The notes under the pieces are model-generated. The model ran no database searches, was not told the DNA's origin, and was given only the letters and a program-made list of their open reading frames with translations. A program made the translations under genes and the position numbers. Below, in pieces: positions 23,595-32,000 of a stretch of DNA of 32,000 bases. The stretch's first letter is position 1. The number at the start of each line of letters is the position of its first letter. Source of the DNA: Halorhodospira halophila SL1 (GTDB lineage Bacteria; Pseudomonadota; Gammaproteobacteria; Nitrococcales; Halorhodospiraceae); assembly GCF_000015585.1 (NCBI RefSeq), contig NC_008789.1:2160001-2192000 (forward strand), read 5' to 3'.

Positions 23595-23623
23595 GGATTG
23601 GGTTGGGCGACCAGGGTTTCAAG
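23595..23623 (-). promoter_or_regulatory. Sigma32-like heat-shock promoter candidate for htpX (CTTGAAA-N14-CCCAATCC on minus strand)
   Basis: On the minus strand, CTTGAAA lies at 23623-23617 and CCCAATCC at 23602-23595. The E. coli sigma32 consensus is CTTGAA-N13-17-CCCCATnT. The candidate sits ~52 nt upstream of the htpX ATG. Confidence 0.4.
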
Positions 23624-23638
23624 ACCGGGTCGATCCGC

Positions 23639-25891
23639 TCAATTCTCCACGTGGAGCCCACGGATCTGGCGCAGCCCGCGCGGCAACTGAACACCGCGCC
23701 GGCCCCGGGCGGCGCGGAACGCCTCCAGATCGCTGTGGCTCAGCCGCTTGCCGGTCTTGCCGGCCTCCACACGCAGCGCTGCGCCGGCGGGCAGCACGGC
23801 CACGGCGACCACCACCTCCTCGCGATCGCGCAGGCGCTGGGCAGGGATGCCAATGAGCTTGTTGCCCTTGCCTCGCGCCATCTCCGGCAGCTCCTCAAGG
23901 GGGAAGACCAGCAGTCGGCCATCGGAACTGGCCACCACCACCTCGGCACCATCGGCCTCCGCGGGCACCGTTACGGGCGGGAGCACAGCCGCCCCATCCG
24001 GCAGGGTCAGCACCGCCTTCCCGGAGCGATTGCGCGAGAAGAGCTCGCGCAGGGGGACACGGAAGCCGTAGCCGGCATCGGAGGCGAGCAACCAGCGCGA
24101 CTCCGAATCGCCGGCGAGGACCGACTGGAAGCGGGCCTTCTCCGGGGGCGTGAGCCGCTTGGTCAGCGGCTCCCCCTGGCTGCGCGCCGACGGCAGGGTA
24201 TGCGCCGGGACCGCGTAGGCCCGACCGGTGGAGTCGAGGAAGATGGCCGGCTGGTTCGACCGGCCCAGGGCGTGATCCAGGTAGCCGTCGCCGGCCTTGT
24301 AGGAGAGCCCGGTCGCATCGACCTCGTGGCCCTTGGCGGCGCGGACCCAGCCCTTCTCCGAGAGCACCACGGTGACCGGCTCGCTGGGCATCAGCTCGGT
24401 CTCGTCCATGGCCCGCGCCGGACCGCGCTGGACCAGCGGCGAGCGGCGCTCGTCCCCGTGGGCCTCGGCATCACCGAGGAGCTCGCTCTTGACCTGCTCG
24501 CGCAGCCGGGCGGCGTCGCCAAGGGTGGCGCGCAGCTCGTCGCGCTCACGCTCCAGATCGCCCTGCTCGCCGCGGATCTTCATCTCCTCCAGACGGGCCA
24601 AGTGGCGCAGGCGCAGCTCGAGGATCGCCTCGGCCTGGGCATCACTGAGCCCGAAGCGCTCCATGAGCACCGGCTTGGGCTCGTCCTCCTCGCGGATGAT
24701 GGCGATGACCTCATCGATGTTCAGATACGCGGTGAGCAGGCCCTCGAGGATATGGAGCCGATCCTCCACCTTCTCCAAGCGCCAAGTCAGGCGACGGCGG
24801 ACCGTCTCGGTGCGGAAGCTCAGCCACTCGGCCAGAAGGTCGCGCAGGGAGAAGACCCGCGGCCGACCGTCGAGGCCGATGACGTTCAGGTGGACGCGGT
24901 AGCCGCGCTCGAGATCCGTGGTGGCGAACAGGTGATCCATGACCCGCTCCGGATCCTGGCGCCGGGAGCGGAGCTGGACGACGATGCGCACCGGCGCGTC
25001 GTGGTCCGACTCATCGCGCAGATCCTCGACCATGGGCAGCTTGCGCGACTGGATCTGGGCGGCGATCTGCTCCATGACCTTGGCGCCGGCCACCTGGTAA
25101 GGGAGTGCGTGGATGACGATCTGCGCCTGCTCCCGCTCATACTCCCAGCGGGCCCGCGCGCGGACGGTACCGTGGCCCCGCTCGTAGATGGTGCGCAGCT
25201 CCTCGCGCGGCGTGATCACGTCCGAGGCGGTGGGGAAGTCCGGCGCCGGCACGTGCTCACAGAGCTCCGCCGTGGTGGCCTCGGGCCGATCGAGGAGGTG
25301 GACGCAGGCATCGACCACCTCGCGCAGGTTGTGGGGCGGGATATCCGTGGCCATGCCCACGGCGATCCCCGAACCGCCGTTGAGCAACACGTTCGGCAGC
25401 CGCGCCGGCAGGCGTTCCGGCTCCTGCAGGGCGCCGTCGAAGTTGGGAATCCACTCCACTGTCCCCTGCCCCAACTCGTTGAGCAGCACGCGGGCGTAGG
25501 GGGTCAGGCGCGCCTCGGTGTAGCGCATGGCGGCGAAGGATTTCGGATCGTCCGGAGAGCCCCAGTTGCCCTGGCCGTCGATCAACGGATAGCGATAGGT
25601 GAACGGCTGGGCCATGTGGACCATGGCCTCGTAGCAGGCCGCGTCGCCGTGCGGGTGGTACTTGCCGAGCACGTCGCCGACGGTACGGGCCGATTTCTTG
25701 TACTTCGCCGCCGCCGACAACCCGAGTTCGGACATGGCGTAGACGATCCGCCGCTGCACCGGCTTGAGCCCGTCGGAGACGTGGGGCAGCGCACGGTCGA
25801 GGATGACGTACATCGAGTAGTCGAGGTAGGCCCGCTCGGTGAACTCGCGGAGCGGTTGCGTCTCGAAGTCGGAGGCAGCGTTTTCGGACAT
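23639..25891 (-). CDS. parC: DNA topoisomerase IV subunit A
   Basis: The N-terminus ([55 protein letters not shown] with the active-site Tyr) is colinear with E. coli ParC. It sits immediately downstream of parE. Confidence 0.95.
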   Translation of the reverse strand: MSENAASDFETQPLREFTERAYLDYSMYVILDRALPHVSDGLKPVQRRIVYAMSELGLSAAAKYKKSARTVGDVLGKYHPHGDAACYEAMVHMAQPFTYRYPLIDGQGNWGSPDDPKSFAAMRYTEARLTPYARVLLNELGQGTVEWIPNFDGALQEPERLPARLPNVLLNGGSGIAVGMATDIPPHNLREVVDACVHLLDRPEATTAELCEHVPAPDFPTASDVITPREELRTIYERGHGTVRARARWEYEREQAQIVIHALPYQVAGAKVMEQIAAQIQSRKLPMVEDLRDESDHDAPVRIVVQLRSRRQDPERVMDHLFATTDLERGYRVHLNVIGLDGRPRVFSLRDLLAEWLSFRTETVRRRLTWRLEKVEDRLHILEGLLTAYLNIDEVIAIIREEDEPKPVLMERFGLSDAQAEAILELRLRHLARLEEMKIRGEQGDLERERDELRATLGDAARLREQVKSELLGDAEAHGDERRSPLVQRGPARAMDETELMPSEPVTVVLSEKGWVRAAKGHEVDATGLSYKAGDGYLDHALGRSNQPAIFLDSTGRAYAVPAHTLPSARSQGEPLTKRLTPPEKARFQSVLAGDSESRWLLASDAGYGFRVPLRELFSRNRSGKAVLTLPDGAAVLPPVTVPAEADGAEVVVASSDGRLLVFPLEELPEMARGKGNKLIGIPAQRLRDREEVVVAVAVLPAGAALRVEAGKTGKRLSHSDLEAFRAARGRRGVQLPRGLRQIRGLHVEN

Positions 25892-25926
25892 AGTCGTTTG
25901 CTGTTCGGCGCTTAGTAGTCAGGGGG

Positions 25927-27837
25927 TCAAAGGACGATTTCCGCCAGGTTGCCCTTGCTCTCCAGCCACTCGCGGCGCTGGGCTGCGGCGCCACGGCCGA
26001 GCAGCATGCCGAGCAGGCGTTCGGTCTCGTCGGGGTCATCGACGGTGAGCTGAACCAGGCGGCGGGTATCCGGGGCCATGGTGGTCTCGCGCAGCTGGAC
26101 CGGGTTCATCTCACCAAGGCCCTTGAAGCGCGTCTCCTGCACCTTGCCCTTGATGCGCTCGGCCTCGATCCGGTCGAGGATACCCTGGCGCTCGTCGCGG
26201 TCGAGGGCGTAGAAGGTCTGCTTGCCAACATCGATGCGATACAGCGGCGGCATCGCCACGTAGACGTGGCCGCCGGCCACCAGGGCCGGGAAGTGGCGCT
26301 GGAACAGGGCGCAGAGCAGCGTGGCAATGTGCGCGCCGTCGGGGTCAGCGTCGGCCAGGACGCAGACCTTGTGGTAGCGCAGCCCGGAGAGGTCCTCGCT
26401 GCCCGGGTCGACCCCCAGGGCCACGGCGATATCGTGGACCTCCTGGGAGGCCATGACCTCGTCGGGAGCCACCTCCCAGGTATTGAGGATCTTACCGCGC
26501 AGCGGCATGACCGCCTGGAATTCCCGTTCGCGGGCCTGCTTGGCCGAGCCGCCGGCGGAATCCCCCTCGACCAGGAAGAGCTCGCTGCGCGCCGGATCCT
26601 GCCCGGTGCAGTCGGCCAGCTTGCCGGGCAGCGCCGGCCCACTGCCCACCCGCTTGCGCGTCACCTTCTTGGCGGCCCGCTGGCGGCGCTGAGCGGCGCG
26701 CACCACCAGATCGACAATCTGCTCGGCGCTCTGGGTGTGCTCGTTGAGCCACAGGCTGAAGGCGTCCTTCACGGCCCCGGAGACGAAGGCGGCACAGTTG
26801 CGCGAGGAGAGCCGCTCCTTGGTCTGCCCGGCGAACTGCGGCTCATGCATCTTCACCGACAGCACGTAGCTGATGTGCTCCCAGACGTCCTCCGGGGCGA
26901 TGCGCACCCCGCGCGGCAGCAGGTTACGCAGCTCGCAGAACTCGCGCATGGCCTCGGTCAGGCCGGTGCGCAGGCCGTTGACGTGGGTCCCGCCCTGAGG
27001 AGTGGGGATGAGGTTGACGTAGCTCTCCGCCGGCCCGCTGCCCTCCGGCAACCACACCAGGGCGCACTCCATCTCCTCGTGCTCGGAGCCGAGCCGGGCA
27101 GTGAACGGCGGATCCGGCAGATGCTCGTAGTCGGCCACGGCACCGGCCAGGTAATCGCGCAGCCCATCCTCGTAGTACCAGGTCAGCACCTCGGGCTCCT
27201 GCCCCTCGCCCCCGGTGGCGTCGCGCAGGATGACCGTCAGCCCCGGGCAGAGCACCGCTTTGGCGCGCAGCAGGTGCTCGAGCCGGGCGCGAGAGAAGCG
27301 CGGGCTGTCGAAGTAGCTGGTATCCGGCCAGAAGCGCAGCGTGGTGCCGGTCTCCCGCGTCTTGCCCACCCGCTCCAGCGGCTCGATCCGCTCCCCCGCC
27401 GAGAAGGCGATGGTGTGCTCGGCGCCGTCGCGGCGGATATGCACCTGCAGCCGCGTCGATAGCGCGTTCACCACGGAGACACCGACCCCGTGCAGGCCGC
27501 CGGAATAGCGGTAGCTCTTGCTCGAGAACTTGCCGCCGGCGTGGAGCCGGCCGAGGATCACCTCGACCGCGGGCACCCCCTCGGTGGGATGCATATCCAC
27601 CGGCATGCCGCGGCCGTCGTCGCTGACCTCCAGGGAGCCATCAGCGTGCACGGTCACCTCGATGCGCCGGGCGTGTCCGGCGACCGCCTCGTCGACACTG
27701 TTGTCGATCACCTCCTGGGCGAGGTGGTCGGGGCGGTTGGTTTCGGTGTACATACCGGGACGCCGGCGTACCGGCTCCAGTCCGGTCAGGACTTCGATGT
27801 CGGAGGCGTCGTAGGTCTGCTGGGTCTTGGTTGTCAT
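25927..27837 (-). CDS. parE: DNA topoisomerase IV subunit B
   Basis: From ATG 27837: MTTKTQQTYDASDIEVLTGLEPVRRRPGMYT..., then GHKL ATPase and Toprim motifs (LFLVEGDSAGGSAKQ). 636 aa. The track ORF is over-extended to 27912. Confidence 0.95.
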   Translation of the reverse strand: MTTKTQQTYDASDIEVLTGLEPVRRRPGMYTETNRPDHLAQEVIDNSVDEAVAGHARRIEVTVHADGSLEVSDDGRGMPVDMHPTEGVPAVEVILGRLHAGGKFSSKSYRYSGGLHGVGVSVVNALSTRLQVHIRRDGAEHTIAFSAGERIEPLERVGKTRETGTTLRFWPDTSYFDSPRFSRARLEHLLRAKAVLCPGLTVILRDATGGEGQEPEVLTWYYEDGLRDYLAGAVADYEHLPDPPFTARLGSEHEEMECALVWLPEGSGPAESYVNLIPTPQGGTHVNGLRTGLTEAMREFCELRNLLPRGVRIAPEDVWEHISYVLSVKMHEPQFAGQTKERLSSRNCAAFVSGAVKDAFSLWLNEHTQSAEQIVDLVVRAAQRRQRAAKKVTRKRVGSGPALPGKLADCTGQDPARSELFLVEGDSAGGSAKQAREREFQAVMPLRGKILNTWEVAPDEVMASQEVHDIAVALGVDPGSEDLSGLRYHKVCVLADADPDGAHIATLLCALFQRHFPALVAGGHVYVAMPPLYRIDVGKQTFYALDRDERQGILDRIEAERIKGKVQETRFKGLGEMNPVQLRETTMAPDTRRLVQLTVDDPDETERLLGMLLGRGAAAQRREWLESKGNLAEIVL

Positions 27838-28034
27838 CGGATCACGGTGGTCACGGATCGGGCCATTGAGGGTTCGCGCTCGGGGCGAGCAGTTTCCGGC
27901 TACCGGAGGCAAGTTACAAGGGAGCCGTTCGCCGGGATTCCCTGCACCGTCGTCGGCGACGGAGGCGTGGCTCGCACCCTGCCGCTTCGCGGCTTATTTG
28001 ACCACCCCTTGCGGCTCCGTTACTTTTCTCCGTC

Positions 28035-28298
28035 ATGAGCGAGACCGATTCTCAGGAAACCGCCCCCCAGGGCGACCTCCCCGACTTCGAGCGCTCGGTG
28101 GCCGAACTTGAGGCCCTGATCGAACGCATGGAGCGTGGCGAACAGACCCTTGAGGAGGCCCTGCGCGACTTTGAACGGGGCATCCACCTGACCCGCCACT
28201 GCCAGAAGGCGCTGAGCGCCGCCGAGCAGAAAGTGGCTATCCTACTCGAGAACAGCGAGGACGGTGATGTCGGCCCGTTTCGACCCGACGATTCTTGA
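28035..28298 (+). CDS. xseB: Exodeoxyribonuclease VII small subunit
   Basis: 87 aa. FERSVAELEALIERMERGEQTLEEALRDFERGIHLTRHCQKAL is typical of XseB, and the gene lies upstream of ispA as in E. coli. Confidence 0.9.
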   Translation: MSETDSQETAPQGDLPDFERSVAELEALIERMERGEQTLEEALRDFERGIHLTRHCQKALSAAEQKVAILLENSEDGDVGPFRPDDS

Positions 28299-29190
28299 GG
28301 CCCTGGAGGCGGCCCTGCCGCCGCTGCGCGAACGCGCCGAACGGGCCCTGGAGGCGGCCCTGCCCGCCGCCGATGCCCATCCGACGGGCATCCATGAGGC
28401 GATGCGCTACGCGGTGCTCGGCGGCGGCAAGCGCATGCGCCCGATCCTGGTGTACGCCACCGGGCAGGCCCTCGATCACACCGGCAGAGCGCTGGACGCC
28501 CCGGCCTGCGCCGTGGAGATGATCCACGCCTACTCGCTCGTCCACGACGATCTACCCGCCATGGACGACGACGATCTGCGGCGCGGGCAACCGACCTGCC
28601 ACCGCGCCTACGATGAGCCGACGGCCATCCTGGTCGGCGATGCCCTGCAGGCCCGGGCCTTCGAACTCCTGGCCGACGGCGAGCGGGAGGGCGCTCCGGC
28701 TCCCGCCGCCCGGGCCGGCATGGTCCACGCCCTGGCGCGGGCGGCGGGCTCGGGCGGCATGGTCGGTGGCCAGGCCATCGACCTCGCCGCGGTGGGGCGT
28801 CAGCTCGACGCCGCCGAGCTCGAGGACATGCACATCCACAAGACCGGGGCCCTGATCCGGGCCAGCGTCCAGCTCGGCGCCCTGGCCAGCGGTCCGACCT
28901 GCGCCGCCACCCTCAACGCCCTCGATCGCTACGCCAAGTGCGTCGGGCTCGCCTTCCAGATCCACGACGACGTACTCGACGTGGAGGGCGATGCCGACGC
29001 CCTGGGCAAGGAGCAGGGCGCTGACGCGGCCCGGGACAAACCCACCTATCCGTCGATCCTCGGTCTGCGCCAGTCCCGCGAGCTGGCCGAGCGGCTGGCC
29101 GGCGACGCCATTGATGCCCTGGCCGACCTGGGTCCCGGCGCGGATGTGCTGCGCGGACTGGCCGCCTACTGCATCCAGCGCCAGGCCTGA
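28267..29190 (+). CDS. ispA: Farnesyl diphosphate synthase ((2E,6E)-FPP synthase / geranyltranstransferase)
   Basis: First Asp-rich motif LVHDDLPAMDDDDLRRG, second motif FQIHDDVLD, and GKRMRP. ATG 28267 follows GAGGA (the track starts at GTG 28264). The gene overlaps xseB by ~32 nt. Confidence 0.92.
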   Translation: MSARFDPTILEALEAALPPLRERAERALEAALPAADAHPTGIHEAMRYAVLGGGKRMRPILVYATGQALDHTGRALDAPACAVEMIHAYSLVHDDLPAMDDDDLRRGQPTCHRAYDEPTAILVGDALQARAFELLADGEREGAPAPAARAGMVHALARAAGSGGMVGGQAIDLAAVGRQLDAAELEDMHIHKTGALIRASVQLGALASGPTCAATLNALDRYAKCVGLAFQIHDDVLDVEGDADALGKEQGADAARDKPTYPSILGLRQSRELAERLAGDAIDALADLGPGADVLRGLAAYCIQRQA

Positions 29191-29368
29191 CCGCCCGCCC
29201 TTCCGGTTAAAACCCCACCGAGGCCGTCGGGATTACCCCTTTACAAAAACTTAAACTCGTTCCAAATTCAAACCTATCGCTGGAAGCCCAGATCGAGGCC
29301 GCAGAATCATGCTCAACCCCACTTGTCACCCGCCCCATACGACGGGGTCAGACACCAGGAACAAGACC

Positions 29369-30148
29369 ATGGAAGACGTCCAGGGACGGGCCGACACCCG
29401 GCAGATCGAGATCAATAAGGTCGGCATCAAGGATATCCGCCACCCGGTGCGGGTACGCGACCGCACCGGGCGCGACCAGCACACCGTGGCCACCTTCAGC
29501 ATGTATGTGAACCTGCCGCAGCACTTCAAGGGCACGCACATGTCGCGGTTCGTCTCGATCCTCGAGGGCCACGACCGCGAGGTCACCGTGGAGTCCTTCC
29601 ACGAGATGCTCGCCGAGATGACCGACCGCCTCGAGGCCCACTCCGGGCATATCGAGATGGCGTTCCCTTACTTCGTCAACAAGCAGGCGCCGGTCACCGG
29701 GGTCGAGAGCCTGATGGACTACGAGGTGACGTTCATCGGCGAGATCCACGGCGGTCGCCACGAGACCTGGGTGCGCGTCGCCGTGCCGATCACCACCCTG
29801 TGCCCCTGCTCCAAGGAGATCGCTGAGCGCGGCGCCCACAACCAACGCTCCCTGGTCGTGGTGACGGCGCTGATGGACGGCTTCGTCTGGCTGGAAGAAC
29901 TCATCGACCTGGTCGAGCGGGAAGGCTCCTGCGAGCTCTACGGGTTGCTCAAACGCCCGGACGAGAAGCACGTGACCGAACGCGCCTACGACAACCCCAA
30001 GTTCGTCGAGGATGTGGTACGGGACATCGCCGGCCGGCTCAACGATGATGGGCGCATCGCCGCCTACTCGGTGACCTCCGAGAACTACGAGTCCATCCAC
30101 AACCACTCCGCATTCGCGCTGATCGAGCAGGACAAGCGGGGGCGCTGA
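29369..30148 (+). CDS. folE2: GTP cyclohydrolase I type 2 (FolE2/MptA family)
   Basis: [27 protein letters not shown]...[14 protein letters not shown]...CPCSKEI matches the FolE2 N-terminus and metal-site motifs. ATG 29369 (AGGAA upstream) is preferred over track start 29309. Confidence 0.88.
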   Translation: MEDVQGRADTRQIEINKVGIKDIRHPVRVRDRTGRDQHTVATFSMYVNLPQHFKGTHMSRFVSILEGHDREVTVESFHEMLAEMTDRLEAHSGHIEMAFPYFVNKQAPVTGVESLMDYEVTFIGEIHGGRHETWVRVAVPITTLCPCSKEIAERGAHNQRSLVVVTALMDGFVWLEELIDLVEREGSCELYGLLKRPDEKHVTERAYDNPKFVEDVVRDIAGRLNDDGRIAAYSVTSENYESIHNHSAFALIEQDKRGR

Positions 30149-30186
30149 CCCCCGCGACGCCTCGGCACTTGGCGGCCCCGGTTGAC

Positions 30187-30203
30187 CCTGCCGCAGGGGC
30201 AGG
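30187..30203 (+). terminator. Small hairpin after folE2 (CCTGCC-N5-GGCAGG)
   Basis: CCTGCC at 30187-30192 pairs with GGCAGG at 30198-30203. The stem is only 6 bp and the U tract is poor (attagagactctt). Confidence 0.2.
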
Positions 30204-30268
30204 ATTAGAGACTCTTACCCCGCTCGACCAACTGATCAGAATCAATCACAACCCGTGCAACGTGCTCC

Positions 30269-30297
30269 TTGCGCCGGTAGGATGGCCTTTGTAGGAT
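30269..30297 (+). promoter_or_regulatory. Sigma70-like promoter candidate for the tetR-efflux operon (TTGCGC-N17-TAGGAT)
   Basis: TTGCGC at 30269-30274 and TAGGAT at 30292-30297. The heptamer GTAGGAT also occurs 14 nt upstream (30277-30283). Confidence 0.3.
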
Positions 30298-30301
30298 CAC
30301 T

Positions 30302-30313
30302 GACCGTTCGGTC
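30302..30313. promoter_or_regulatory. Palindrome GACCG-TT-CGGTC; candidate TetR operator just downstream of the -10 candidate
   Basis: 5-bp inverted arms at 30302-30306 and 30309-30313. The position is appropriate for autorepression. Confidence 0.3.
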
Positions 30314-30351
30314 GGTTGGCCAAGCGACCGCACCCCTGGAGCCTGAGCAGG

Positions 30352-30984
30352 ATGGCCGCGCCCATGCCCGAGAACACCGGACGCACCGAAGCCGCCGAGC
30401 GGATCCTTGCCGCCGCCAAGCACCTGTTCGCCCGCGACGGCTACAGCTCCGTCTCGATCCGCGACATCGCCGAGGCCGCCGGCGTCAGCAAGGCCAACGT
30501 CTTCCACCACTTCGCCTCCAAGGAGGAACTCTACGTGGAGACGCTGCGCCGCTGCTGCGAAGCGGCGCGGGCGTTGATCCAGGCCTTCGCCGAAGATCAG
30601 GCGCGGGAACCGGCCGAACAGCTGCGCGCCTTCGTCCGCGCCGACCTCCGGCGCGCCCTGGACGACCCCGACGCCACCCGCTTGGTGTTGGCCGAGGCCT
30701 TCGACGCCTCGCCGAGCCAGGCCCGGACCCTGGTCAACCAGGTCTTCGGCGCCGATTTCCGGCGTATGACGGAGATCTTCTCGCGGGGCCAGGAAGACGG
30801 CTCGTGGCGGCAGGACACCAGCCCCGCGCTGATGGCCTCACTGATGCTGGCCGCCAACACCTTCTACACCGCTCACCGAGAGGTCCTGCGCCAGCTCCCC
30901 GGCGTGGACTTCGCCGACGACCCTGATCAGTACGCGGATCACGTCGTCGACATCCTGCTCGACGGGATCCAAAAGGAGGCGTAA
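30352..30984 (+). CDS. TetR/AcrR-family transcriptional regulator
   Basis: N-terminal HTH motif ILAAAKHLFARDGYSSVSIRDIAEAAGVSKANVFHHFASKEELY. The start is ambiguous among TTG 30316 (track), ATG 30352 and ATG 30364. Confidence 0.88.
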   Translation: MAAPMPENTGRTEAAERILAAAKHLFARDGYSSVSIRDIAEAAGVSKANVFHHFASKEELYVETLRRCCEAARALIQAFAEDQAREPAEQLRAFVRADLRRALDDPDATRLVLAEAFDASPSQARTLVNQVFGADFRRMTEIFSRGQEDGSWRQDTSPALMASLMLAANTFYTAHREVLRQLPGVDFADDPDQYADHVVDILLDGIQKEA

Positions 30985-32000
30985 GTGACTCACTGGCACA
31001 AGCTCGATTCGTCCCCCGTGTCGCCGGCCCGGCCCCGCCGGGTCGGTGTGATGGTCTCCGTAGCAGCCCTCGCCCTGCTCGCCGCTGCCTGCGGCGAAGA
31101 CGCCGACAACGGCGAGGCCACCGCCGAGGAGGACGCCATCCCCGTCACCTGGATCGAGGCCGCCGAGGAAGAGGTCCGCGAGGTCCGCAACACCGTCGGC
31201 AGCATCGAAGCCAAGTCGCGGCCGCTACTCGCCGCCGAGGTGGGCGGCGTCATCGACACCATCCACGTCGACGAGGGGGCGCAGGTCGACCGCGGCGAAC
31301 TCCTCGCCGAGATCGACCGCGAGGATTACATCGATGACCGCGACGCGGCCGCCGGCGACGTGGCCCGCCTGACCGCCATGGTCGGCGTGCAGGAGCGCAA
31401 CGTGGCCCGCAACCGGGAGCTCTACGAGGACGACCACATCTCCGAGGACGAGCTCGACAACGCCGAGGCCGAGCTTGAAGCCCGCGAGGAAGAGCTCGCC
31501 TCCGCCCTCGCCCAGCTGCGGCGGGCCGAGCGGGATCTGGAACGCACCCGGATCCGCGCCGTGGTCAGCGGCGCCGTGGACGAGCGCCACATCAGCGCGG
31601 GCGACTACGTCAACGCCGGCGACGCCGTCTTCCAACTGATCAACCTGGACCGGCTCAAGGTCCGCCTGCCGGTCTCCGAAAGCCTGGCCCCCCGGGTCGA
31701 CAGCGGCACGGAGCTGATCCTCAGCAGCCGCTCTGGCCTCCGCCCGGACCTGAAGACCACGGTCTCGGACCTGCGCCCCGGTATCCGTGATGCCACCCGC
31801 TCGCTGCAGCTTATCGCCGAGGTCGACAACCCCGGGGGGTGGCGCCCCGGCGCCAGCGCCGAGGCGGAGGTGGTGCTCGATGTCCGCGACGGCATCGTCG
31901 TACCCAACCAGAGCGTCGTGCGCCGCCCCGCCGGCGAGGTGGCCTACGTACTGAGCGAAGACGAGGGCCGGGTCGAGGAGCGCACCGTTGAGGTGGGGAC
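30985..32000 (+). CDS. RND-type efflux periplasmic adaptor (membrane fusion protein, HlyD/AcrA family); 3' end outside window
   Basis: This ORF is absent from the track because it has no stop in the window. My own translation of frame 1 starts at GTG 30985, with AAGGAGG at 30973-30979. It shows a signal peptide ...VAALALLAAACGED (lipobox-like), a lipoyl-like segment AAEVGGVIDTIHVDEGAQVDRGELLAEID, a coiled-coil, RTRIRAVVSGAV and VVPNQSVVRRPAGEVAYVL. Confidence 0.88.
   Translation, partial: MTHWHKLDSSPVSPARPRRVGVMVSVAALALLAAACGEDADNGEATAEEDAIPVTWIEAAEEEVREVRNTVGSIEAKSRPLLAAEVGGVIDTIHVDEGAQVDRGELLAEIDREDYIDDRDAAAGDVARLTAMVGVQERNVARNRELYEDDHISEDELDNAEAELEAREEELASALAQLRRAERDLERTRIRAVVSGAVDERHISAGDYVNAGDAVFQLINLDRLKVRLPVSESLAPRVDSGTELILSSRSGLRPDLKTTVSDLRPGIRDATRSLQLIAEVDNPGGWRPGASAEAEVVLDVRDGIVVPNQSVVRRPAGEVAYVLSEDEGRVEERTVEVG

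Noticed and set aside
23590-23640. tRNA-like fragment (ggtcgatcc resembles a T-loop) between htpX and parC.
   Set aside because: No complementary T-stem, acceptor stem or anticodon arm can be drawn, and the region is better explained as the htpX promoter.
23603-25915. 770-aa ORF on the plus strand that spans the entire parC gene in antisense. Similar gene-length antisense or alternate-frame ORFs lie at 6560-8278, 8354-9634, 9496-11364, 11267-12691, 4111-5475, 878-2011, 14352-15665, 18271-19350, 20073-21386, 26266-27462 and 29348-30106.
   Set aside because: These are classic shadow ORFs of stop-codon-poor high-GC DNA. Their translations are Arg/Gly/Ala/Pro/His-rich with no recognisable motifs. 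Each lies exactly opposite, or out of frame with, a gene whose product has unmistakable conserved motifs. There is no independent RBS or start support.
27838-28034. 197-bp divergent parE/xseB spacer examined for a small gene, sRNA or tRNA. It contains the hairpin CCGTCG-tcgg-CGACGG at 27947-27962.
   Set aside because: It contains no ORF with an RBS, no tRNA-like fold and no repeat structure. It is most simply two divergent promoters.
29191-29368. Possible Zur box or riboswitch in the AT-rich folE2 leader.
   Set aside because: I found no palindrome resembling the Zur consensus I remember (GTTATAAT-type inverted repeat) and no recognisable riboswitch core. It is kept only as an open question in the findings.
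1-32000. Window-wide check for CRISPR arrays, IS/transposase or integrase genes, toxin-antitoxin pairs, phage or defence-system genes, and compositional islands.
   Set aside because: I saw no spaced direct-repeat array, no recombinase or transposase motifs in any frame, and no large AT-rich island. Only three short AT-rich spacers exist (about 504-660, 29220-29300 and part of 30200-30300). The window looks like core chromosome.

Overview
This is a very GC-rich (roughly two-thirds G+C by eye, not computed), tightly packed chromosomal segment. Its synteny looks gammaproteobacterial: tamAB, efp/epmA/epmB, htpX, parC/parE and xseB-ispA. I support 26 protein-coding genes, two of them cut by the window edges. 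I found no rRNA or tRNA genes, CRISPR array, IS element or prophage signature. Most of the window is ordinary housekeeping DNA. Gene starts were re-derived from the ORF track, because many track ORFs are over-extended upstream, which is typical of stop-poor high-GC DNA. The least ordinary part is 0.5-5.9 kb. An AT-rich leader with phased repeats precedes a soluble GAF/HisKA_3 histidine kinase carrying a four-Cys motif and a NarL-type response regulator. These are followed by a YeeE/YedE sulfur-transport-family permease that lacks the usual YeeD/TusA partner gene. Its 3' end overlaps the start of a SulP/STAS anion transporter. This is my best candidate for an uncharacterised sensing and uptake module, and the link is inferential. 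Secondary oddities:
- a GNAT + carbon-nitrogen-hydrolase fusion protein;
- a Cys-less glutaredoxin-like domain fused to a DUF3429-like membrane domain, divergent from an orphan sufT;
- a four-enzyme cluster (aminotransferase / 2-hydroxyacid dehydrogenase / amidase / aldehyde dehydrogenase) of unknown substrate;
- a DksA/TraR-type zinc-finger gene whose stop codon interlocks with that of epmA;
- several GC-rich hairpins without U tracts at operon ends.
No database search was possible, so all family calls rest on motifs I recognise in the translations.
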